Shown here one piece after another: positions 25,927 to 36,799 of a stretch of DNA of 64,000 nucleotides. A program made the position numbers and the translations under genes. The stretch lies in NCBI RefSeq assembly GCF_963921235.1, contig NC_086097.1, forward strand, positions 187,366,001 to 187,430,000, in the 5' to 3' direction. Each line of letters opens with the position of its first letter. The first letter of the stretch is position 1. This DNA is from Mobula hypostoma. Its lineage: Eukaryota. Under the pieces are notes generated by a model, which saw only the letters and a list, made by a program, of their open reading frames with translations, was not told the origin of the DNA and did not search any database.

Positions 25927-28900
25927 AAAAACTGAGAAAGATGAGACAGCTTATTTATCTTTCCAACATTCACACAGTGTATAATTTGTAACTGATAGGA
26001 ACTATTTGGTATTGTGCCAGATGTGAAAATATCTTTGGAAAGATCTTAACGTCAAGTACCAAGAAACATGCTCAAGTTTAGAAGAATATAGCACTTTTCA
26101 AAACATGGTGAGGAAAGGATCAGAGACAAGAAAGGTAGGTTGGAAAGATGAACAGGTAAAAGATTGGTTTCTTTAAGACAGAGGTGAAATTGCAGAATGG
26201 AAAAAGACATAAACATTACTCAAGGGAAGGAATCATTAAAAATATCTGCTGAAGAGGGCACTAGGAAGGAAAGATGGACGGTCATGGTCTAATATGAATA
26301 GGGTCAAGGGAAATGACCAGAGGGCATATTCGAGAAAACTGAGTCTGGGGACTACAAGGGAGGTAAGAAAAGACTCTGAAGTAAGATCAAGTTTAGCCTA
26401 ATGGTGGATGGGACAAGAACAGAATGGCAGCAGCTACTTTTTTCAGTCAACAAAGACTTTCTACACAGTCATATTTTTGGAGAGCATGTTGAAGGAATAT
26501 CTTGGAATGTTACTAAAAAAAAACCTCCTTGATATTAAAAGATATAAGAAGCAAAATTGTTCTATTAGCAGCTTACCTGGCAAGAGATTTAACAGAACTG
26601 TTCAAAATCATGATGGGTTTTGAAAGGGTAAATAAAATAAAATGTTTCTACTGACAAAAGTGTTGGTAACAAGGGGTCAGATGTTCAAGGAGCCAGGCAA
26701 AGTGAGTACGTTCTTTGCACAGTAAGTTGTAATACTCTGGAATTTGCAACCCGAAAGAGCAAGTTCAATAGCAGCACTCACAAAATAATTCATTTCATGA
26801 CAGGAAGCTAATTATAGGATTGTGGTGAAAGAACAGGGGAGTGGAACTAATTCAATAGTTTTATCAAAGAGCTGGCACATGCAGAGTGACCTGAATAGTT
26901 TCTTTCTTCACTTACCTCAAACTCTTCATAATCTTATGATTTATTAATGCAAATCTATTCGTCAGACTAGCTATTTGGCAATACCTTGGCATTACCATTT
27001 CCAAGGAACTATCCTAGGTCCAGCACATAAAGTGCAATTACAAAGAAGACATGGCAGCACCTGTGCTTTCTTAGAAGTTTGCAGAGATTCAACATGAAAA
27101 TAGGAAACAGCATCCATCATCAAGGACTCCCACCAATGCACACCATTCTCTCTTCTCACTGCTGCCATTGGGAAAGAGGTACAGGAGCCTTAGGTCTGAA
27201 CCACCAGGCTCAGGAGCAGTTAACTGGTGGGACTGGTATAGAAGAGACGACTTGCACCTGAATTGGAGGGTGACTAATATCACAGCGGGAATGTTTGTTA
27301 ATGCTGCACGGAAGAGTTGAAATTAGAGTTGCAGGGGAATGAGAACCAGAGTGCAAGAACAGTTAGTGGAGAAGTTGTGAAAGCAGATGTTGGTAAAACA
27401 TCAGACAAAGTTAGGCATGGTGCAACAAAATTGAAAAGGGTAACTACAGGACCAAAGGGGTATGATGTTGTAGGCATCACTGAACCATGGCTGAAAGATT
27501 ATAGCTGGGAGCTTAACGTCCAAAGATATAACATTGTATCAAAAGGATAGGCAGGAAGGCACAGGGGGTGGTGTTGCTTCAGATAAAAAAATGAAATCAA
27601 ATCATTAGAAAGAGGTAACATAGGATTAGAAGATGTTGAATCAATGTGGATAGAGTTAAGGAACTGCGAGGGTGAAAAGACACTGATGGGACTTGTATAC
27701 AGACCCCCAAACAGTATGTGGCCTACAATTTTTAAGGGGAGATAGAAAATGCATGCCAAAAGGGTAATGTTACAATAGTCTTGGGAAACTTCCAATATGC
27801 AGGTAGATTGGGGAAATCAGCTTGATGCTGGATTCCAGCAGGAGGAATTTTCTAGAATGCCTATGAGATGGCTTTATAGAGCAACTTGTAGTTGAGTACA
27901 TTAGAGGATCAGCTATTCTGGATTGGAAGTTGTGCAATGAAGCAGAATTGATTAGGAAGCTTAAGGTAATAGAACACTTAGGAAAAAGTGATCATGATAT
28001 GATCAACTTCACGCTGAAACTTGAGAAGGAGAAGGTAAAGTCAGATGTATCACTAGTCCAGTGGAGTGAATGGAATTACAGAGGCATGAGAGAGAAGTTG
28101 GCTTGAAGTGATTGGAAAAGAACACTGGTAGAAATGACGGCAGAGCAACAATGGCTGGAATTTCTTGAAGCAATACAGAAGGCACAGGATATATACATCT
28201 CAATGAGGATGATATATTCTAAAGGAAAGATGCCACAACTATGGCTAACAAGAAAAGTCAAAGCCAATGTAAAAGCCAAAGAGAGAAAACATAATACATG
28301 TAAAGCAAAAATTCGTAGGAAGTTAGAAGATTGGGAAGCTTTTAAAAAAAACAACAGAAAGAAACTAAAAAGGTCATTAAGGAGGTAAAGATGGAATGCA
28401 AAAGTAAGCTAGCCAATAATATTAAAGAGGATACCAAAGGTTTCTTCAGATACATAAAGTGTAAAAAAAAGGTGAGAGTGGATATTGGACCGCTGGAAAA
28501 TGATGCGGGAGAGGTACTAACGGGGGGCAACAAAATGGCGGATGAACTGAAGAAGTATTTTGCATCAGGCTTCACTGTGGAAGAAACTAGAAGTATGGTG
28601 AAATTTCCAGGTGTCAGAGGGCATAAACTGGGTGAAGTTATCATAACTAGACAGAAGGTTCTTGGGAAACTGAAAGGTCTGAAGATAGATAAGTCACCTG
28701 AACTAGATGGTGTATACTCCAATGTTCTGAAAGAGGTGACTGAAGAGACTGTGGAGGCATTAGTAAGATCTTTCAGGAATCACTAGATACTAGAATGGTT
28801 CCAGAAGACTGCAAAGTTACAAATGTCGCTCCACTCTTTAAGATGGGAGAGAGGCAGAAGGAAGGAAATAATAAGACAGTTTGTCTGACCTCAGTGGTTG

Positions 28901-28945
28901 GAAAGATGTTGGAGCCAATTAGCAAGGATGAGGTCTCAGGATACT

Positions 28946-29131
28946 TGCCGGTGGCGGTGGTGGAGGCGGAAACGATAGGGTCTTTTAAGAGACTCCTGGA
29001 TGGCTACATGCTGAGAAAAATAGAGGGTTATGGGTAAAGCCTAGGTAATTCTAAGGTAGGGATATGTTCAGCACGGCTTTGTGGGTCGAAGGGGAGCATA
29101 CATATTGTGCTGTATGTTTTCTATGTTTCTA
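28946..29131 (+). mobile_element. CR1 3' tip of another subfamily nested in the CR1
   Basis: LPVAVVEAETIGSFKRLLD...EGYG plus ttctatgtttctat tail placed mid-RT. Confidence 0.8.
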
Positions 29132-29790
29132 TAAAATAAGCTGTTGTCAGCATTGTTTCCTTTGGGAAAATCAGTTGAAATTCTTTGAAGAAACAACAAA
29201 CAGGATGGACAAAGGAGATTCAGTTGATGTTGTGTTCTTGGATTTTCAGAAGGCCCTTGACCAGGTGCCACACATGAGGCTGCTTAACAAGCTATGAACA
29301 CATAGTATTACAGGAAAGATTCTACCATGGATGAAGTACAGTCTGATTGGCAGGAAGCAAAGAGTAGGAAAAAAGGAATCCTTTTCTGGTTGGCTGCCAA
29401 TGACTAGTGGTGCTCCACAGGGGTACGTGTTGGGACCGATTATTCTTACGGTACATGTCAATGATTTGGACGATGGAATTGATGGCTTTGTTGAAAAGCT
29501 TGCAGATGATTTGAAGATAGGTGGTGGGCAGGCAGTTTTTATGAAGTAGAGAGACCACAGAGGGACTTGGACAGATTAGGAAAATGGGCAAAGAAATGGC
29601 TGATGGAATATAGTTCTGGAAAGTGCATGGTTATGCACTTTGGTAGAAGAAATTAAAGGGTTGACTATTTTCTAAATGGAGAGAAAATACAAAAGATCGT
29701 GGTGCAAAGGAACTTGGAACTCCTTGTGCAAGACTACTTAAGGGTTAATATGCAAGTTGGTTCTGTGGTGAGGATGGCAAATACAATGTT

Positions 29791-29895
29791 ATAGAACATA
29801 AAATAGCACAGCACAGTACAGGCCCTCCGGCCCACAATGTTGTGCCGACCCTCGAACCCTGCCTCCCCTATAACCCCTCACATTAAATTCCTCCA
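29791..29895 (-). mobile_element. CR1/HE1-type 3' tail nested in the CR1
   Basis: atagaacataaaatagcacagcacagtacaggccctccggcccacaatg; aatgtt repeated on both sides. Confidence 0.65.
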
Positions 29896-30650
29896 ATTCC
29901 TCCAATGCTAAATGAATGTTAGCATTCATTTCAAGCACAGTAGAATATAAAAGTAAGAATGTAATGTTGAGACTTAATAAAGCACTAGTGAGGCCTCTGG
30001 TGGCGTATTGTGAGCAGATTTGAGCCCCTGATCTCTAGAAAGGATGTGCTAAAACTGGAAAGGGTTCAAAGAAAGTTCACAAAAATGATTCCAGGATTGA
30101 ATGGCTTGTCATATGAAGAGCGTTTGATGGCACTGGGCCTGTATTCAGTAGAATTCAGAACAATGAGGGGTGACCTCATTGAAACCTTTAGAATAGCCTT
30201 GATAGAGTGGATATGGAAAGGATGTTTCTTGGTGGGAGTGTCTGAGACCAGAGGACACAGCTGAGAATAGAGAAGTGTCTTTTAGAACAAAGATGAGGAG
30301 GAATTTCTTTAACCAGAAAATGGTGAATCTGTGGAATTCTTTGCCACAGGTAGCTGTGGAGGCCAAGTCTTTATGTATATTTAAGGCAGATGCTGATAGA
30401 TTTGTGATTGATCAGGGCATGAAGGGATGCAGGATGAAGTCACAAGACTGGGGATGAGAATAAAAATTACATCAGCCATGATGAAATGGCAAAGCAGGCT
30501 CGGTGGGCCAAATAGCCTAATTCTGCTCCTATATCTAATGGTCTTATAACATTAGGCTCCTGAACTAGAGCGGATAATTTTGGTCACCTCAGCACTGAAC
30601 TATTCCACAACCTATGGACTCAATTTCAGGGACTCCACAACTCATGCTCT

Positions 30651-30654
30651 ATAT

Positions 30655-30701
<47 letters not shown>

Positions 30702-30734
30702 TATATATATATACACACACACACACATATATAT

Positions 30735-30769
<35 letters not shown>

Positions 30770-30800
30770 CATACACACACACACATACATACATACACAC
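30651..30800. repeat. Compound (AT)n/(AC)n microsatellite
   Basis: Alternating atat and acac runs, read directly. Confidence 0.98.
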
Positions 30801-33360
30801 AAGTACAAGACAACATGGATGCACCCAAAATCCAATCATTGGCACATGATTAACTACGTTATAGTATGTCGCCGAGACATCCGGGATGTCCTCATCACCA
30901 GAGCTATGCGAGGAGCAGAGTGCTGGACTGACCACAGGCCTGTCCGCACCATATTGAAGCTACATATTGCTCCCCACCATCCCAAGCGCCCTAAGTTCAT
31001 TAGAACAGCTCTTAACACTGCCAGACTCCAAGAGCCGCTGTATCTCCGCAAGTTCCAGACCACCTTTGATGAGAAGCTGTCTGCCAACGGACCACTAACT
31101 GATGGGCCAACCTAGAAGTGGAATCAGTATACAGAGTTGGTGACAGAGACAGCAAAATTGGTCCTCGGCCAAGGACCGGATCCACCAGGATTGGTTCAAC
31201 AAGAATAACAGTGCCATCAAAGATTTCCTGCCAGGAAAGACAAAGCATTCATGGAGTGGCAAAACGACCCAAGCTCCATTCACAAAAAAGAACGGTTAAG
31301 TCCCTTCAGGCCCATGCCCAACAGGAAATTCGCAAGATGCATGACCTGTGGTGGGATAGGAAAGCTGAAGAGGTGCAATGCTTCGTCAACATCAACAACT
31401 CGAAGCTGCTCTTCAACTCCATCAAGATGATCCTCAGCCCCTCAAGATCTGGCTCAGCTCCACTGTTGTCCGCTGATGGAACCACACTGCCAAAGGACAA
31501 AGAGAGCATCCAACACAGATGGAAAGAGCATTTCAGCCAGCTCCTGAACCGCCCTCCATCGGTCAACCGGTCTGCTCAGGACCAAATCCCCCAACAGCCT
31601 ATTCACGAGGAACTAGATGATCCTCCCTCGATAGATGAAGTCAAGAAGGCTATCACGCACATGAGCAGTGCCAAGGCACCCAGCAAGGATGGAATACCTG
31701 CTGAATTGTACAAGGCACTCAGCAAGGAGTCACTTGAGGCTTTCCACAGCACCCTGACTAGAATTTGAGAAAAAGAAGAGATGCCCACTGACCTCAGAGA
31801 CACAACGATAGTCGCCCTCTACAAAAATAATGGTTCAAGTACCGACTGTGGGAACTACAGAGGCATCTCACTACTTGTCATTGCCAGAAGAATCCTCACC
31901 TGCATCATCCTCAACAGACTGATTCCAACAGTGTCAAAAGAGAACCTTCTTGAGTCGCAATGCGGCTTTCGCCCCGAACGCAGAGCTGTCAAGATGATCT
32001 TCACGTTGAGACAGATACAGGAGAAGTGCCTGGAACAGAACATGACATTATACTCTGTCTTCATTGATCTGACGAAGGCGTTTGACACGGTCAACAGAAA
32101 CGCATTGTGGATCATCCTTAGAAAGCTTGGCTGCCTGCAGAAATTCACTACACTCATCCACTGTCATGACAGGAGAAGTGTTCTCAGATGGTTCCCCATC
32201 TGAGACTTTCAACTTCTCAAATGACGTGAAGCAAGGGTGCGTTCTAGCACCAGTGCTCTTCAACCTCTTCTTCACCCAGGTGCTGAAGCATGCTGTTAAG
32301 GACATAGACCTGGGCAGCTACATAAGGTATCACCTAGATGGATCAATGTTTGACCTGAGACGCCTTGCTGCAAAGACCAAAACGCTGAGGAGGCTCATCA
32401 CTAAAGCCCTGTTTGCTGATGACTGTGCCCTCATGGCCCACCAGGAGAATCACCTGCAGATGATTGTCGACAAGTTCTCCGCCGCCTCAAAGCTGTTCGG
32501 CCTGACAATCAGCCTTGGTAAGACAGAAGTTCTCCTACAACCTGCACCAAACAGTCACCCTCCTCGGCCATGCATCACCATTGACAGCACTGTCCTGAAG
32601 ACTGTGGAGAGCTTCAAGTATCTAGGAAGCAGCATCTCCAGTGACGGATCCCTAGACAAAGAGATCATAGCAAGGATCTAGAAAGCCAGCCAGGCACTCA
32701 GGGAAACTCCGTGTCAAAGTTCTGGAGCACAAGGACATTCACCTCTCTCCTGTATGGCTGCGAAACCTGGACCCTGTACCACAGGCACATCAAACAGCCG
32801 GAGCAGTTTCACATGCGCTCTCTGCGGTCGATCATGAGGATTCGATGGCAGGACCGAATCACCAACCAGGGAGTCCTTGACAGAGCCAACAGCACAAGCA
32901 TTGAGGCAAGGATCCTTCTGTCCCAGCTACGCTGGACTGGCCATGTAATCTGCATGGGTGAAACAAGAATCCCCAGGCAGCTGCTCCACGGTGAGCTTGA
33001 GCATGGCAGTCGCAATCAGGACTGCCCCAAAAAAAGATTCAAAGACAATCTGAAATCGTACATCAAATGGTCAGACCTCCAGCCTCGACAGCTTGAGGAG
33101 TCTGCAGCTGACAGGGCTGTGTGGTGCGCCCTGACCAGAAAAGCTGCATCTGATTTTGAGGATGACTGAAATCAGCGCCTTGCAGCAGCACCAGACCGAT
33201 GCCACAAAACTGTGTATGCACCTGTTCTAACAACTGCCATTCCATGTCTAACCTACAACCGCATGTGTGCTTCGGCCTTCGGCCTCCGAAGCCACATGTG
33301 TATCCACAGGTGACTGCACAATGTTTAGTCTTCCTGGGACCTCAAGAGACAACCACCATG
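30801..33360 (+). mobile_element. 5'-truncated RTE-clade LINE (APE C-terminus plus RT), disrupted
   Basis: WMHPKSNHWHMINYVIV, TRAMRGAECWTDHR, KAPSKDGIP, DCGNYRGISLL, FIDLTKAFD, VKQGCVLAP, LFADD, LLYGCETW. Confidence 0.92.
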
Positions 33361-34183
33361 ACTTGTGTATTTGTAATTGCACTGATGGTCCATTATGCGC
33401 ATTGGTTGTTTGTCTTTATTTGTTTGTGTGTAGGTTTTTTTGATTCTATTGTGTTTCTCTGTATTTACTGTGAATGCCCACAAGAAAATACAAAAAGAGT
33501 GGAGTTAGCTCACACTGGCCAGACTACCAAAGATTTTAAACTAGACTGAAGCAAGCTGAAATGGTTTCTGAGGGAAGAAATGAATGGCTTGTTTCGACTG
33601 ATATGCCTCATAGATATTTACTGGAGATGGATATTGAAATAGTGAGATCAGGAAGGATTTGAAATCAAGATTATACATTAAGCAACAAAAGACTAATGAT
33701 GAGTTCTAACCGGTCATGGTCTATAAGGGACAAATGAAAAGCACACAACAGAGCAATTGGATTCTATCTTTTAAAAAAAAAACTGATGGCCCTGAACACA
33801 CAAGAGGCAGGAAATAACTGGTAAATCATTAAAGTAAACATGTGAGTTTAAACAGGCCCGTTATAGTTTCATACCCAATCCATTGTAGGTTGCTGGAATT
33901 TGCAAAGTTAGCCTTTATATAACCATTCTTCCTGCAATCTCCTTAATTTGTCTCTCAGCAGAGCAATCACATCAGTTTCCATCTTTCCAGTCCTATTATC
34001 CTGTGTGCCTACAACATGTTCTCCGTCATATTCCTGTCTACATCTCTTTCAAGGTCAGCAAAATGAAGGACTGACCTCGGGAGTGGGGTGGAATATATGG
34101 CATATTTATATCTATGGTGCTAAGCTGGTGATGGTTGAGATCTTGAAGTTCCTAGGCTTAATCATCAACAATTTGGCCGGGTC

Positions 34184-34937
34184 CACACAAAGTGCTGGAG
34201 GAACTCAGCAGGCCAGGCAGCATCAATGGAAAAGGGTAAACAGTTGATGTTTTGGGACGAAACCCTTCAGCAGTCCTGATGAAGGATCTCGGCCAGAAAT
34301 GTTGATTATTTACTCTTTTCCTTTCTTTCTTTCTTTTCTTTTTAAAGCTTTTTATTAATTTTCAAAATTATAAACTCAATAACAAAGTTGGTACAAAGAG
34401 ATTGGAATAATCTTATCAGCATATACACAAAGGATTTTAAGTAACATAGGAATAATAGACTTCCAAACTCATAATGAAATTAGTCATAAAAAAAGAAATA
34501 AAAAGAAAAAAAATTTACAAACAAAAAAAATCTCCAAAAGAAAAAGAGAAACCCCCCCCCCCCGAAAAAACAGAACAAAACAGAGCTAGACCAATATCTT
34601 GAATCAGACATCTTCAGTAATGTTGTCAACTCCGCTCCTCTATTCATATAATTTAAGTTAGAAAAAAAAGATTTGGAAAGGTCAGATTACATCATATGAA
34701 AATCTTGCATAAAAGGTTTCCAAGTTTCTTCAAATTTAACCGAAGGGTCAAAAATGTCACTTCTGATTTTTTCTAAATGTAAACTTAATATAGTTTGAGA
34801 AAACCATTGGAAAGTAGTAGGAGGATTGATTTCCTTCCAGTTCAACAAAATAGATCTACACTTTTCCATAGATGCTGCCTGGTCTGCTGAGTTCCTTCAC
34901 CATTGCATTTCCAGCAACTGCAGATTTTCACCTGTTT
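34184..34937. mobile_element. Palindromic mini-element of two inverted PLE termini meeting at the hammerhead motif, interrupted by an L1
   Basis: 34184-34273 is the reverse complement of 34276-34321 plus 34868-34900; CTGATGA 34276-34282, GAAA 34296-34299. Confidence 0.8.
34322..34860 (-). mobile_element. L1 3' tip
   Basis: WKEINPPT..WFSQTIL.LHLEKIRS; (AAAG)n tail; TSD cttttcc 34315-34321 / 34861-34867. Confidence 0.88.
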
Positions 34938-35135
34938 GTTCTGGTGCGCCTGCATTAATTCCATGACAAGAATACACACCAATTCTTTTATTTCCTCAGA
35001 AAGCTAAGGAAATTCAGCATATTACTAATGTCTGTTACGAATTTTTTACAGATGCACCACATAAGGCATCTTATCAGAATGCAAGACAGCTTGGTGTGGC
35101 AATTATTCTGGATAAACCGTACGAAATTGCATAGA

Positions 35136-35186
35136 CACATCAAAGTTGCTTGAATTTCCAGCATCTGCAGAATTCCTCGTGTTTAA
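35136..35186 (+). mobile_element. 51-bp Penelope-like micro-insertion with an inverted 5' part
   Basis: 13-bp TSD gaaattgcataga 35123-35135 / 35187-35199; insert matches the terminus at 23278-23333. Confidence 0.85.
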
Positions 35187-35844
35187 GAAATTGCATAGAG
35201 TTGTGAATGTAGCCCAATCCATCATGCAAACCAGCCAGCCTTCCATTGCTCCCGCCTACACTTCCTGCTGTCTAGGGAAAGCAACAACATAACCATGGAT
35301 CCTTGCAACTCAGTCATTCTCATTTCTCCACTCTCCATACGTGCAGAAGATATAAAAACTTGAAAGCACATGCCACTGTAGGTGTATGCAAATAAAACAA
35401 ATTGAGGCATTTTATGTAATAATGCCATGATTTCAGACCAGCCTTTTAAAGCAAAATCTTACCTCAGTGTCGGTGGTTGTGAGGATGTACATTTCTCCAA
35501 CTTACATTACCCTACACAAGTCCTCCCAGAGTTCACTAAAACTGGGATTGTAAGGTTGACTGGAGTTCAGACGAGCCACTCAGCTCAGGTCCTGTGTTCC
35601 ATAGGTGGAAGAACCACTTCTGCCTCTGGTTTATCCAGAGGTGTGTTGACACACTGATGGTCATGTTGTGATGCCAGGGGCATGGGAGCAGAATACTCCA
35701 AATCTTGGTGGGCCGGCTTTAAGTTGATTTACTGAAACATGTTCAGATTTTACCCCTCTTACCTATGATAAAATCCTTTTCTCTTCATTCAAAAATACAG
35801 AACAGGCCATTGTTAAGGGGGTCTAAGAGGATGCTGGTGTGTGT

Positions 35845-36793
35845 CATGATGGGCTGAGAAGTGGCAGACAGAGTTCAACTCAGATAAGCGTGAAGTGGTT
35901 CATTTTGGTAGGTCAAATATGTCGGCAGAATATGGTATTAATGGTAAGACTCTTGACAGTGTGGAGGGTCAGAGGGATCTTGGGGTCCAAGTCCATGGGA
36001 CACTCAAAGCAGCTGCGCAGGTTGACTCTGTGGTTAAGAAGGCATACGGTGCATTGGCCTTCATCAATCATGGGATTGAGTTTAGGAGCTGAGAGGTAAT
36101 GTTGCAGCTATATAGGAAGGGTCTCGGCCTGAAACGTCGACTGTACATCCTCCTAGAGATGCTGCCTGGCCTGCTGCATTCACCAGCAACTTTGATGTGT
36201 GTTGCTTGAATTTTCAGCATCTGCAGAATTCCTGTTGCAGCTATATAGGACCCTGGTCAGACTCCACTTGGAGTACTGTGCACAGTTCTGGTCGCCTCAC
36301 TACAGGAAGGACGTGGAAACTATAGAAAGGGTGCAGAGGAGATTTACAAGGATGTTGCCTGGATTGGGGAGCATGCCTTATGAGAATAGGTTGAGTGAAC
36401 TGTGCCTTTTCTCTTTTTGAGCGACGGAGAATGAGAAGTGTATAAGATGATGAGAGGCTTTGATCATGTGGCTAATCAGAGGCTTTTTCCCAGTGCGGAA
36501 GTGGCTAGCATGAGAGGATACAGTTTTAAGGTGCTTGGAAACAGGTACAGAGGACATGTCAGGGATACGTATTTTACGCAGACAGTGGTGAGTGCATGGA
36601 ATGGGCTTCCAGCGATGGTGGCGGAGGCAGATACGATAGGGTCTTATAAGAGATTCCTGGATAGGTACACGGAGCTTAGAAAAATAGTGGGCTATGGGTA
36701 ACCCTGGGTAATTTCTAAGGTAAGGACGTGTTTGGCACAGCTTTGTGGGCTGAAAGGCCTGTATTGTGCTGTAGGTTTTCTATGTTCCCTATG
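35845..36793 (+). mobile_element. CR1 3' portion
   Basis: HFGRSN, RDLGV, LYRTLVRLHLEYCAQFWSP; tail ttttctatgttccctatg. Confidence 0.9.
36118..36232 (+). mobile_element. 115-bp Penelope-like terminal insertion beginning inside the hammerhead motif
   Basis: 18-bp direct repeat tgttgcagctatatagga 36100-36117 / 36233-36250; insert begins agggtctcggcctGAAACGTCgactg. Confidence 0.9.
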
Positions 36794-36799
36794 TTTAAA

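Larger units (their letters stand above)
27225..30548 (+). mobile_element. Degenerate CR1 LINE
   Basis: YDVVGITE, KSPELDG, LDFQKALD, GAPQGYVLGP, LADD fragments; tail ctcctatatctaatggtctt. Confidence 0.88.
26960..33490 (+). mobile_element. Rex1-like 3' fragment split by a CR1, a microsatellite and an RTE (pieces 26960-27222, 30550-30650, 33360-33490)
   Basis: The pieces line up in order with the 3' ends at 41225-41940 and 56210-57080. Confidence 0.65.
34120..35370 (+). mobile_element. Rex1-like fragment hosting PLE and L1 insertions
   Basis: KFLG..I remnant and ttcctcagaaagctaaggaaattc...cagatgcacc resemble other Rex1-like copies. Confidence 0.6.

Noticed and set aside
30580..30935. Four overlapping ORFs rich in Y/I/T/H or V/C/Y
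   Set aside because: Translations of the (AT)/(AC) microsatellite.
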